Positions 1 through 8,916 of a DNA stretch of 64,000 nucleotides are shown piece by piece (the stretch's first letter is position 1; each line of letters begins with the position of its first letter). The notes under the pieces are model-generated. The model searched no databases, had not been told where the DNA came from, and saw only the letters and a program-made list of their open reading frames with translations. A program made the translations under genes and the position numbers. The stretch is from Clostridium thermobutyricum (GTDB lineage Bacteria; Bacillota; Clostridia; Ch29), in the NCBI GenBank assembly GCA_016841565.1, contig JAENYX010000012.1, positions 619 through 64,618 on the forward strand. The letters are read 5' to 3'.

Positions 1-369
1 GTTAATCTGTATGGAAGGGTAAGAAGCCTGAAAACGGCTTAAGATATCCGGTAATGTAAATGCACCGAGATATGCGGTGGTTCCTATGGTTAACCTGCCT
101 GCCTTTAATTCGTTGAGCCTCGAAATCTGGTTCTTCATTTCTTTGTATGTCTTAAGAATAGAGTTAGCACATTTAATATAATACTCTCCGGCAACTGTGG
201 GCTTGAGCCCCTCTGGAGTCCTTTTAAAAAGCTCCACTCCTAAATCGCTCTCAAGTTTTTTTAAACAGCGGCTAAGAGAGGGCTGCGCCACAAATAGTGT
301 CTCAGCTGCTTTAGAGATGTTTCTTTCCTTTGCAATGGCGAGAAAATAAATGAGTTCCCTTTGTGTCAT
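1..369 (-). CDS. LysR-family transcriptional regulator (N-terminal HTH part; gene runs off window start)
   Basis: Reverse translation from the ATG at 367-369 gives MTQRELIYFLAIAKERNISKAAETLFVAQPSLSRCLKKLESDLGVELFKR..., a classic LysR wHTH N-terminus. It is missing from the ORF track because it is truncated by the window edge. Confidence 0.75.
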   Translation of the reverse strand, partial: MTQRELIYFLAIAKERNISKAAETLFVAQPSLSRCLKKLESDLGVELFKRTPEGLKPTVAGEYYIKCANSILKTYKEMKNQISRLNELKAGRLTIGTTAYLGAFTLPDILSRFQASYPSIQIN

Positions 370-495
370 TGTTTTCGCCTCTTTCCCCGGTTCGCTTCAT
401 CGGGTGCAAGTTATGTTGCCTCTCTCTAATTCTATATCTTACTCTGTAATACTGATATTACCACACAATACTGTCTAATGAAAGCATATAAGATT

Positions 496-1188
496 TTACT
501 CCTTTTTTATGGATATCTCCACCGCTTTTTTTGCAAGTACCAGAGTGGTATCGATATACTCGGCTCCCTTCGGATACCTGTCCATTATAAGAGGAAGCTC
601 GGTGCATCCCAGAATAATGATTTCAGCTCCCTTTGCCTGCATGCCGTTTATTACATTGTTGATACCGGTGGGGTCTGCCAAATTGATATCCTTCTTTATG
701 GTGTATATGGTCTCGCCCACCGCTTGATTTCCCTCTTCCGGCACTATTGTCTCTATGCCGTATTTGCTCAAATAGCCGTCATATATCTTCGTACTGTAAA
801 CGCCTTTGGTAGCCAGAAGACCCACCCGCTTTATTTTGCTGTTTCTTTCGTATATATGTGCAGCCACTTCCTCAATCATATTTACAAAGGGTATTTCAAT
901 AAACTTAACAATCTCATCATAAAAATAATGCGCAGTGTTGCAGGGCATGGCCAGTAAGTCGGCTCCCATCATCTGAAGTTTTACTGCAGAGTTTACAAGC
1001 TGTTTTATGGGGCTTTTGCCCTGACCCAGTAAAAATCGGGTCCTGTCGGGAATCTGCGGATTGTTGTCTATGACAAGGTGTATATGGTCCTGGTCACGAA
1101 CAGCTTTGGTATTATCCAGAACTTTTTGAAAAAAATCCAACGTTGCCTGCGGTCCCATTCCTCCAATTACTCCTATTGTCTTGTTCAA
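496..1188 (-). CDS. Asp/Glu/hydantoin racemase family protein (aspartate racemase-like)
   Basis: GVIGGMGPQAT N-terminal motif. The two catalytic Cys contexts PCNTAH and GCTE are present, at about 230 aa. Confidence 0.8.
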   Translation of the reverse strand: MNKTIGVIGGMGPQATLDFFQKVLDNTKAVRDQDHIHLVIDNNPQIPDRTRFLLGQGKSPIKQLVNSAVKLQMMGADLLAMPCNTAHYFYDEIVKFIEIPFVNMIEEVAAHIYERNSKIKRVGLLATKGVYSTKIYDGYLSKYGIETIVPEEGNQAVGETIYTIKKDINLADPTGINNVINGMQAKGAEIIILGCTELPLIMDRYPKGAEYIDTTLVLAKKAVEISIKKE

Positions 1189-1208
1189 CTAACTCCACCT
1201 CTCATATA

Positions 1209-1238
1209 TTAAAGAATCCCGAAGAGCTTCGGGATTCT
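1209..1238. terminator. Hairpin terminator after the symporter gene
   Basis: Perfect inverted repeat AAAGAATCCCGAAG/CTTCGGGATTCTTT flanked by A and T runs. It lies immediately 3' of the 1276..2502 gene. Confidence 0.5.
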
Positions 1239-1275
1239 TTAATATTTTTTATTATCTTAAGCCTTATTATACTCT

Positions 1276-2502
1276 TTAAGCCTTAACCTTTGCCTGAGGC
1301 ACCGAAAGCTCATTTTCTGTAGCAGCTATTACCACTGAACCAGCCATATCACCGGTAACGTTAACCGATGTCCTGGCCATATCCAATACCCTGTCAATAC
1401 CGGCTATCAGAGCCGAACCTTCGAGGGGAAGACCAACAGCGGTCAGCACCATAGTTAGCATTATAAAGCCTGCACCGGGAACTCCGGCAGTACCTATGGA
1501 AGCAAGGGTTGCCGTCAGAACTATGGTAGCCTGCTGGGCCAAGCCGAGTTCAAGTCCGTAAACCTGGGCTACAAACAGTGCGCAAACGCCCTGGTACAGA
1601 GCTGTTCCATCCATATTGATTGTAGCGCCCAGCGGCAATACAAAGCTGGATACGCTCTCGGATACTCCCAGGTTGTCTTGGGCGCTCTTGATTGTAACCG
1701 GCAGCGTACCTGAACTGCTGCAGGTAGTGAACGCAACGGTGGAAGCCGGAGCTGCGCCTTTAAAGAAGGTTAAAGGATTCATCTTTGCAAAAATCTTAAC
1801 TGCCGATGAATAAACCAGTATAGCATGTATGATACAACCAACATATACGGCTGCTATTACCTTTGCCAGCGGTAATAATACCGCAGGACCGTTTACAGCT
1901 ACAACAGGTGCTATCAGCGCAAAAACGCCTATGGGAGCGTAGGACATTACTATTGCTGTAATCTTATACATGACTTCGGCCATGCTGTCGAAGAAATTCA
2001 GGAAGGGCTTACCCTTTTCACCAATAAGGGTAATCCCAATTCCAAGAAACAGTGCAAAGGCAATGATTTGCAGCATGTTTGCTCCCAGCAGTGCTCCCAA
2101 TGCATTGTCAGGAATAATATTAAGAAGTGTATCGGCAATATTGGGAGCTGCCGTTGCTTCAACAGTAGCGTCTACGGGGATGCTAAGGCCTGCTCCGGGG
2201 CTTACCATATTACCTAGTATTAGTCCGATGATTACTGCCACAGCAGTGGTTGCAAGATAGTAAATAACTGTCTTGCCGCCAATTCTCCCAAGCTTTCTCA
2301 CATCTCCCATGCTGGCTGCTCCTACAACAAGTGACGACAATACAAGCGGAACAATTATCATCTTAATCATTCTGAGGAACAATGTCCCGAAGGGTTTAAT
2401 ATAAGTATTTGCTGCTTCGGGGCTGCCACCAAGCAAGAGACCTACAACAATACCAGCGATTAAACCGATGAGTATTTTGGTTGTAAGCTTTACATTTTTC
2501 AA
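1276..2502 (-). CDS. Dicarboxylate/amino acid:cation symporter (DAACS, GltP/GltT family)
   Basis: 408-aa polytopic protein with DAACS-like conserved segments (..SSSGTLPVT.., ..GVPGAG..). Confidence 0.85.
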   Translation of the reverse strand: MKNVKLTTKILIGLIAGIVVGLLLGGSPEAANTYIKPFGTLFLRMIKMIIVPLVLSSLVVGAASMGDVRKLGRIGGKTVIYYLATTAVAVIIGLILGNMVSPGAGLSIPVDATVEATAAPNIADTLLNIIPDNALGALLGANMLQIIAFALFLGIGITLIGEKGKPFLNFFDSMAEVMYKITAIVMSYAPIGVFALIAPVVAVNGPAVLLPLAKVIAAVYVGCIIHAILVYSSAVKIFAKMNPLTFFKGAAPASTVAFTTCSSSGTLPVTIKSAQDNLGVSESVSSFVLPLGATINMDGTALYQGVCALFVAQVYGLELGLAQQATIVLTATLASIGTAGVPGAGFIMLTMVLTAVGLPLEGSALIAGIDRVLDMARTSVNVTGDMAGSVVIAATENELSVPQAKVKA

Positions 2503-2673
2503 GTGATTTCCTCCTTTTTATTTTATTCTTATGCAGCCTGACAAAAGAAATATGCATATATTAACCGCAAAGAGCTGCACAGTTCATTTGCGGTTAACTT
2601 GTATTTATATTATATAACAGTTTCCAACCGAGTACTAATGTATTATTAAGTAGTTATCTGTTGGCAAAAATCC

Positions 2674-3234
2674 CTATTTCTTCTTCTGCACAGCCAGCAG
2701 GACCGGCGGCTCATTGTTCTGATTAATGGTCTGTACACAGATACACCTATAGACTGAAGCATCCAAACTGATAAGGTGTTCCTTTAAAACGCTTTCCTCT
2801 TCCTTGCCCTCACTGTGGCCACAGTACACGGCAATCGCAGCTATTCCTCCCGGCAATAGGAGTTCAACCGACTTTTTGACTGCCGTCAGCGTTGTACCCG
2901 ACAGGGTGGTTATTTCATGCCTGCCCCCCGAAAGGTATCCAAGGTTGAAAACAACTGCCTTGACCTTTTCCTTAATATAGTGCTCCATAAGCTCATGTCC
3001 CCGGCATATTAGCTTTACCCTCTTGCCCAACCCCAGGGATTTAAGGCGCTCACCGGTTTGCCGGATAGCCCGGTCCTGTACGTCAAAGCCGTAAACTTTC
3101 CCCCTTTCACCAACAAGCTCAGCCAGAAATACAGTGTCATGGCCGTTACCCACCGTTGCATCTACAACTATGTCCCCTTCCGACACCACACCCGCAACAA
3201 TGCTTCTCATAAGACTCACAACTGTTAACGCCAT
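2674..3234 (-). CDS. Class I SAM-dependent methyltransferase (YtqB-like putative rRNA/tRNA methylase)
   Basis: VDATVGNGHDT SAM-binding motif, 186 aa. Its stop overlaps the start of the downstream gene. Confidence 0.6.
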   Translation of the reverse strand: MALTVVSLMRSIVAGVVSEGDIVVDATVGNGHDTVFLAELVGERGKVYGFDVQDRAIRQTGERLKSLGLGKRVKLICRGHELMEHYIKEKVKAVVFNLGYLSGGRHEITTLSGTTLTAVKKSVELLLPGGIAAIAVYCGHSEGKEEESVLKEHLISLDASVYRCICVQTINQNNEPPVLLAVQKKK

Positions 3235-4136
3235 TACCGTTCCCCTTCTTTGCTCCCCAGAGATATGGCAATCAGAGCCTCCCTTAAAATTTTAGCAGCC
3301 AGGACTCCAGTTATACCCGCCGGATCGCCATAACCCATAACCTCAACAATATCCATCCCAATAATGCTGCGCCGGCCCAGCAGGTGTACTGCATGCAATA
3401 TTTCGGTTGAAGTACATCCTCCCGGCTCGGGGGTTCCGGTGCCTGGAGCGTAGGCTGGATCCACTACATCTATATCAAGAGTTATATATATTGGCCTTTG
3501 GCCTATTGTCTCAAGCACTCTTTCCAATGGTCCCAGCACTTTATAGGGATAGAAATTTGTCTTTCGCTCTGCCAGTACAAACTCTTCTTCCGACCCCGAC
3601 CGTATACCGAACTGGTATATGTTTTTTCCTTCAATAAAGTCCATACATCTTCTTATTACAGTGGCGTGCGATAAATCCTCACCCATATAGTTCTGCCTTA
3701 AATCGGCATGTGCATCAAAGTGAAACACAACCAGTTCCTTGCCGTACTTTTCAAAGGCAGCCTTTATAATTGGAAGGCTGATGAGGTGTTCGCCCCCCAA
3801 GAATACCGGAAACTTTTCATCCCCAAATATTTCCCTGGCCGCGCTATAAATGACTTCCAATGACTTTTTGGCATTTCCAAAGGAGAGCTCCAGATCCCCA
3901 TGATCAAAAAGAGGTATGTCTTCAATATCTCCTTTAAGATATGGACTGTATGTTTCCAACACTTTTGACATTTCACGTATTATTCCCGGACCCATCCTTG
4001 ACCCCGGACGGAAGCTTACGGTGAAGTCCATTGGAGCGCCCACCATAACAACCTGCGCCGAATGATAATCTCCCCTGCTTCCCAAAAAGCTGTTTAACAT
4101 TCCGGAACCGTCTTTTAGTTTTTGCATAACAGCCAC
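3234..4136 (-). CDS. speB: Agmatinase (arginase family)
   Basis: FDAHADLR and DIDVVDPAYAPGTGTPEPGG arginase-family Mn-binding signatures. Directly downstream of speE. Confidence 0.85.
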   Translation of the reverse strand: MAVMQKLKDGSGMLNSFLGSRGDYHSAQVVMVGAPMDFTVSFRPGSRMGPGIIREMSKVLETYSPYLKGDIEDIPLFDHGDLELSFGNAKKSLEVIYSAAREIFGDEKFPVFLGGEHLISLPIIKAAFEKYGKELVVFHFDAHADLRQNYMGEDLSHATVIRRCMDFIEGKNIYQFGIRSGSEEEFVLAERKTNFYPYKVLGPLERVLETIGQRPIYITLDIDVVDPAYAPGTGTPEPGGCTSTEILHAVHLLGRRSIIGMDIVEVMGYGDPAGITGVLAAKILREALIAISLGSKEGER

Positions 4137-4964
4137 CTACTCCACAAGTTTTTTGACAAAGGGAGGCAGTGCAAATGCCGCTTTGTGTATCTCTTTACTG
4201 TAGTATTTAAAATCAAGCTCCTCTATATTGTTCTCTTCCACTTTAAGAGGGTCGAACTTTTTCGACCCCAGCGTAAAGGTCCACATCCCGCTGGGATAGG
4301 TTGGAACACAGCAAAGGTATAATCTTGCTATCGGGAATACCTCCTGTACATCTTTGTATACAGAGGTAATCAACTCTCCGTTTAAAAAGGGCGACTCTGT
4401 CTGGGCTACAAAAACACCGTCTTCTTTAAGCGCATCATGTATAGACTGGTAAAATCCCTTTACAAACAAGCCTACGGCCGGACCCACCGGATCGGTGGAA
4501 TCTACCATTATTACATCAAATTCATTCTTGTGATTTTTTACAAATTCAATCCCGTCCTCTATACACACCTGGGCTCTGCTGTCATCAAGAGCAACGCTGA
4601 TCTCGGGCAGGTAGCGCTTGGAGACTTCCACTACCTTTTTATCTATTTCTACAAGACAAGCCTTTTCTACGCTTTTATGCTTTAGAATCTCCCTAATGGA
4701 ACCTCCGTCCCCGCCGCCAATTACGGCTACTTTCCTTGGATTGGGATGGGTAAACAACGGTACATGGGATATCATCTCATGATAAACAAATTCATCCTGA
4801 ATGGTAGTCTGTACCGTGCCGTCCAGAACCAGCATTCTTCCATACTGGTTGGTATCGATAAGAGCAATATGCTGGAATTCACTTTTCTCTACATGCAGGG
4901 TTTCTTTTATCTTGCAGGTAATTCCCAAATCCTTGGTTTGCTTTTCAGTATACCAAAGTTCCAT
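4137..4964 (-). CDS. speE: Spermidine synthase
   Basis: VIGGGDGG motif and PABS-domain architecture, 275 aa. Forms a speE-speB polyamine operon. Confidence 0.9.
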   Translation of the reverse strand: MELWYTEKQTKDLGITCKIKETLHVEKSEFQHIALIDTNQYGRMLVLDGTVQTTIQDEFVYHEMISHVPLFTHPNPRKVAVIGGGDGGSIREILKHKSVEKACLVEIDKKVVEVSKRYLPEISVALDDSRAQVCIEDGIEFVKNHKNEFDVIMVDSTDPVGPAVGLFVKGFYQSIHDALKEDGVFVAQTESPFLNGELITSVYKDVQEVFPIARLYLCCVPTYPSGMWTFTLGSKKFDPLKVEENNIEELDFKYYSKEIHKAAFALPPFVKKLVE

Positions 4965-4998
4965 TACAATTCATCTCCCTATAATAATTTGTCCAATA

Positions 4999-5433
4999 CT
5001 AACAACCTTCTTTATGACACTTTCCATCTCCGCTGCAGCTGCAGCTGCAGCTTTTGAAAAAACCATCCAGGTTCAATTGCAGCGTCTTTGGGTTCCCATC
5101 GATGGATTTAAAGCCCATTCTTTTGAAGAAATGACCTGTTTCCTTTCTTTCGGGTACTTCCACCCACTCGACATTCTGCCTTTGAGCAGTAAACAAAGCG
5201 CTCCTCACCAAACCATCGCCTATCCCCTGTTTCCTCTTATCCTCCAACATAAACAATGAGTTAATTATTCCCCTGTTCCCTTGGATCTCCATACTGCAGC
5301 AGCCTATCAGACGCTGCTCCTCCAATACTACTATAATCAAATCGCCTCTGCCCTCCCGCATAGCTCCCTTCAAAATAAGTTCTCCGGGCTTGTCCTGCGG
5401 GGTAGCCCTTCTAATGTGTATCATGCCATGCAC
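4999..5433 (-). CDS. GNAT family N-acetyltransferase with Cys/Ser-rich C-terminal tail
   Basis: GNAT core (..RKQGIGDGLV..) plus a C-terminal ..SCSCSCSGDGKCHKEGC encoded by a (GCAGCT)n repeat. Confidence 0.65.
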   Translation of the reverse strand: MHGMIHIRRATPQDKPGELILKGAMREGRGDLIIVVLEEQRLIGCCSMEIQGNRGIINSLFMLEDKRKQGIGDGLVRSALFTAQRQNVEWVEVPERKETGHFFKRMGFKSIDGNPKTLQLNLDGFFKSCSCSCSGDGKCHKEGC

Positions 5434-5589
5434 TCCGTTCCCAATTCATTTTTTTGTTATATTCTCTGTAGCAATTCTTGCTCAGAATCCAACACATATG
5501 TATTTTACCAAGAATACCCCAAAGGTACAATGCAAACCTACAGGACCAATTGAAGAGTTTTATTAAAACCCTTAAACCGGTCCTGTTGT

Positions 5590-6312
5590 TCATCTCCCAT
5601 TAAATTCTTTAAACAACTCATTAACTTCCTGCTCTTTCAAATGCCTCCATTGACCCGGGGCCAGCGACCCTATCTCAAGCTTTCCGATAGCTGCTCTTTT
5701 CAACGATATGACTGTATATCCGATGGCCTCAAACATCTTCCTTACCTGTCTGTTTCTGCCCTCATGGATAATAATCCGAAACATGGTATTTTTTCGGTCT
5801 TCTTGTGTCAATTGAACCTTTGCCGGTGAAGTCATATATCCGTCAACCAGGACGCCTTTTTTTAGCCGATTTATCTGCTGTTGTGTAGGTTTACCTGCTA
5901 CAACGGCAATATAGGTCTTATCCACATTGTGCTGAGGATGCGTAAGGCCATAGGTAAAGTCTCCGTCGTTACTCAGCAGTATCAAGCCTTGGCTGTCATA
6001 GTCAAGTCTGCCGACAGGATATATCCTTTGTTTTACTTCCTTTACCAAATCCAGGACCGTTGGCCTCCCAAACTGATCGTTTGCGGTGGATACATAGCCC
6101 ACCGGTTTGTTTAACATCACATATACACGCTTTTCTACTGAGCCAACCACTTTGCCGTCCAACTCAACCTGATCTTTCCCAGGCTGTATTTTGCGCCCTG
6201 CCTCGGTAACCGTCATTCCGTTAACCATTACCCGGCCTTCAGCTATCAGTTCTTCGCACTTTCTGCGGGAGGCAACTCCGCAGGAGGCCATGAATTTCTG
6301 CAGCCTTTCCAC
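5590..6312 (-). CDS. rluB: rRNA pseudouridine synthase (RsuA/RluB family, S4 domain)
   Basis: N-terminal S4 domain, catalytic VGRLDYDSQGLILLSNDG motif. Confidence 0.85.
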   Translation of the reverse strand: MERLQKFMASCGVASRRKCEELIAEGRVMVNGMTVTEAGRKIQPGKDQVELDGKVVGSVEKRVYVMLNKPVGYVSTANDQFGRPTVLDLVKEVKQRIYPVGRLDYDSQGLILLSNDGDFTYGLTHPQHNVDKTYIAVVAGKPTQQQINRLKKGVLVDGYMTSPAKVQLTQEDRKNTMFRIIIHEGRNRQVRKMFEAIGYTVISLKRAAIGKLEIGSLAPGQWRHLKEQEVNELFKEFNGR

Positions 6313-6411
6313 CTACATTCCTCCCCTCGTCCTTTGTAAAACCGACTGCCCATAATATCTGTTAAAGTAATTAGTATTAGTAAGCTTGAAAATATTAAAG
6401 TTACTCTAATA

Positions 6412-7692
6412 TTATACCAGTTTCTCGTTGAATATATCTGTTAAATCCATACGGCTAACCCTGTGTTCTATCTCTTGTTTGTCTATGGTATACATATTTC
6501 TTTCCTTCATCCTTTCAAAATACTCTGCTCCTGCAAATGTGTATCTTTTCTTTAATCCATCCTTTGTCTTTATCCGTTCATTTGCATAGGCAATGATGTC
6601 GCCTGCTACCAGATTTCTTGGCAGCTCCAGAAGCGGCATGCCCAACGCCAGCCTCACACTGTTATGCCCCGCCAGGCTTCCTGTAACAATTGCTTCGGTG
6701 TGCCCAACGAATAGTCCTGCCTTTTCCCCTCCGCACAGCAGATTATCAAGTCCGTCAACCTTCATTGAGTTGTTCCTGGGTGCCATTGATAAATACCTGA
6801 TAGAATTTCCCTTACCGCCTGAGTAGGGGTCCTCGTACCTTGCATTCTCCATTCCGGGTATTTTTCTCAATTTTTCAAGAGGATAAAAGGGTGTCATCAG
6901 TTTAGCATGCCCAGTATCCAGAAGCACTATGTTTTCGGCGTATTCCTTAAGAGCATACTGTTGACAAACCTTAAAGGACAACTTCTCCATTTTAATATCC
7001 TCATCAGGAACCTTCAGAACAACCACCCCTTCCTTGTTGAGGGTATCCCTGATTTCCGAGCTAAGTGAATCCTTATTAAGCTTGCACGATCCGCTAAAGG
7101 CTCCGTAGCACTCGTCTTCCCTTTGTCCAAGTATATCTTCAACCCCTGCCCTTTGACTGATACTTGTTCTGGGTCCAAAGGAAGGACATCTTAGTATACA
7201 CATGGCGCAGCCATTTCCATATTTCAGGCAGTTACCCATCGGTCCGGTTGAACCTGTGGTTTCAATGAATACAGGCCCTTCAATTACAGTGTCGTCGGCC
7301 ATCAGTATGCCCTTTATTGCATTTCCTTTTTTTATCACATCTATTGCCCTTGACATAAGACGCAGCTCAACGCCCATTCCCTCCAGCATCCTTCTAACCA
7401 TAGGCTCTACCTTGGTTACATCATAAAGCGTTGCATGTTTGTGTCCTGGAAAGTCAATCATAGAATGCCGGGCAGCCCTGTCGGTAATATCAAACAGCTT
7501 GCCTACCCCCAAATTTATCATTTCCTCGGCAGCGGTATATCTGCCATTGTTTCTCATGATACCGCCGACATTGCCGAGACCCAAAAGCATATCAGTCTTT
7601 TCTATCAGCAAAACCTCGGCACCTGCCTGCCGTGCTGCCAATGCAGCTGCGCAGCCTGCCCATCCTCCGCCGATAATTATTGTTTTAACCAT
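6412..7692 (-). CDS. FAD-dependent oxidoreductase (Rossmann GGGWAGCAAAL N-terminus; internal CxxC-rich segment)
   Basis: MVKTIIIGGGWAGCAAALAARQAGAEVLLIEK dinucleotide-binding fold, 426 aa. Its start overlaps the stop of the upstream gene by 8 nt. Confidence 0.6.
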   Translation of the reverse strand: MVKTIIIGGGWAGCAAALAARQAGAEVLLIEKTDMLLGLGNVGGIMRNNGRYTAAEEMINLGVGKLFDITDRAARHSMIDFPGHKHATLYDVTKVEPMVRRMLEGMGVELRLMSRAIDVIKKGNAIKGILMADDTVIEGPVFIETTGSTGPMGNCLKYGNGCAMCILRCPSFGPRTSISQRAGVEDILGQREDECYGAFSGSCKLNKDSLSSEIRDTLNKEGVVVLKVPDEDIKMEKLSFKVCQQYALKEYAENIVLLDTGHAKLMTPFYPLEKLRKIPGMENARYEDPYSGGKGNSIRYLSMAPRNNSMKVDGLDNLLCGGEKAGLFVGHTEAIVTGSLAGHNSVRLALGMPLLELPRNLVAGDIIAYANERIKTKDGLKKRYTFAGAEYFERMKERNMYTIDKQEIEHRVSRMDLTDIFNEKLV

Positions 7693-8758
7693 TCAGTATC
7701 CTCCTTTCTATGACCTTCCGTACATCTAACTGTACTTTACAGGCTTTTACTCTGACACCATTATCAATACGGGTAGAGCAGCTGCCACATATACCTTCCC
7801 CACAGCAAATCTCGTTATTGTTGGTTACAACAATATATGGTTGTTTCTCCAACTTATCTATCTCCTGTATTACATATAAATGCTGCTTATCCGAGCCTCC
7901 GCTAAAAACCAAATCATAGCTTTCATTTTTCAGGTATCTGTTTATTACCCTGATTCCCTGTTTTGAGTTCAAATCCAATTCCTCTACTTCATAATCTAAG
8001 TCTCTTATGAACTCATTAATAAAAACCGACTGGACCTTGCCGGGGTCGACTATAACCTTTACCTTGTTATTGCTTCTGCTTAGGTAACGTATTACTTTTG
8101 CAGCGGGGGCCTGACCTATGCCCCTGGCAATAACAAGACAGCTGCCATCTTTAATGCTTTTTAAATACCTTTGGCCGAATATTCCGTTCCAATAAGGACC
8201 GCGAACAACTATTTTACTTTCCGGTCCGGTAAGGGCCTTTGTTTTTGCTCCCTGAACCTGGACTGCCACATAAATTTCTCCACTTATACTATCCACCGCC
8301 ATTACTGACATAGGAACATCAAAAAACTTTGGTTTATCATTATCTCTCATAAACACATAAGCACCCGGGTTATCAAGCTCCCTGGCCAGGGTCTTTGTAA
8401 CACGCAGCTTATAAATAAACGTGTTAGGAGAAACATTTTTCTTTTCCATGACTACTGCGGGATAGCTGCCTCTTACTCCTTTACTCTTATGGCCTGCCCA
8501 AACATATTCCTGGTAGATACAAACTCCCCGCCAGTTGCAATCGCAAAATTCTTTACCCTGTAAATGGGAGCAGGTAATACATTCGTTTGACTCAGCCAGG
8601 AAGCAGGGGCAGTATTCGCTTCCTGCATCAATACATTCCAGTTTTCTTCCCACCAAGACTCCACCTCTCAACAACAATGAGTGACTCCTATACAGCAACC
8701 ATAGGAGCCACCGCAACTCTAGTATCAGATTATTTTTGAATGAAGCGATATGTTCCAT
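7685..8758 (-). CDS. PyrK/sulfide-dehydrogenase-like FAD/NAD(P)-binding iron-sulfur protein with extra Cys-rich N-terminal segment
   Basis: C-terminal CCGEGICGSCS...C cluster motif typical of PyrK-like electron-transfer subunits. The N-terminus has 8 Cys in 40 aa (CIDAGSEYCPCF..CITC..CDCNWRGVC). The alternative internal Met at 8449 has no RBS, so the long form is kept. Confidence 0.55.
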   Translation of the reverse strand: MEHIASFKNNLILELRWLLWLLYRSHSLLLRGGVLVGRKLECIDAGSEYCPCFLAESNECITCSHLQGKEFCDCNWRGVCIYQEYVWAGHKSKGVRGSYPAVVMEKKNVSPNTFIYKLRVTKTLARELDNPGAYVFMRDNDKPKFFDVPMSVMAVDSISGEIYVAVQVQGAKTKALTGPESKIVVRGPYWNGIFGQRYLKSIKDGSCLVIARGIGQAPAAKVIRYLSRSNNKVKVIVDPGKVQSVFINEFIRDLDYEVEELDLNSKQGIRVINRYLKNESYDLVFSGGSDKQHLYVIQEIDKLEKQPYIVVTNNNEICCGEGICGSCSTRIDNGVRVKACKVQLDVRKVIERRILNG

Positions 8759-8802
8759 ATATTTAATCCGGATTTCCCCTTTTAAATGCCGACAAAAACT
8801 AA

Positions 8803-8842
8803 AAAACCTTCAAAGAGAAAAAATCTCTTTGAAGGTTTTAAT
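8803..8842. terminator. Bidirectional intrinsic terminator downstream of dacB-like gene
   Basis: Perfect 13-bp inverted repeat ACCTTCAAAGAGA/TCTCTTTGAAGGT with A-tract on one side and T-tract on the other. Confidence 0.6.
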
Positions 8843-8916
8843 CAGAAAAAGGCCTTAATTTCTGCTTTCCTGTTAAAAGGCTTGGTGATAAAGCATCTCA
8901 TACTTAAAAAGCATTA

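Noticed and set aside
8449-8758. Shorter start (Met104) for the PyrK-like protein that would remove the Cys-rich N-terminus
   Set aside because: There is no Shine-Dalgarno within 20 nt of that ATG. The long form was kept, but with reduced confidence. Checking ortholog alignments would settle it.
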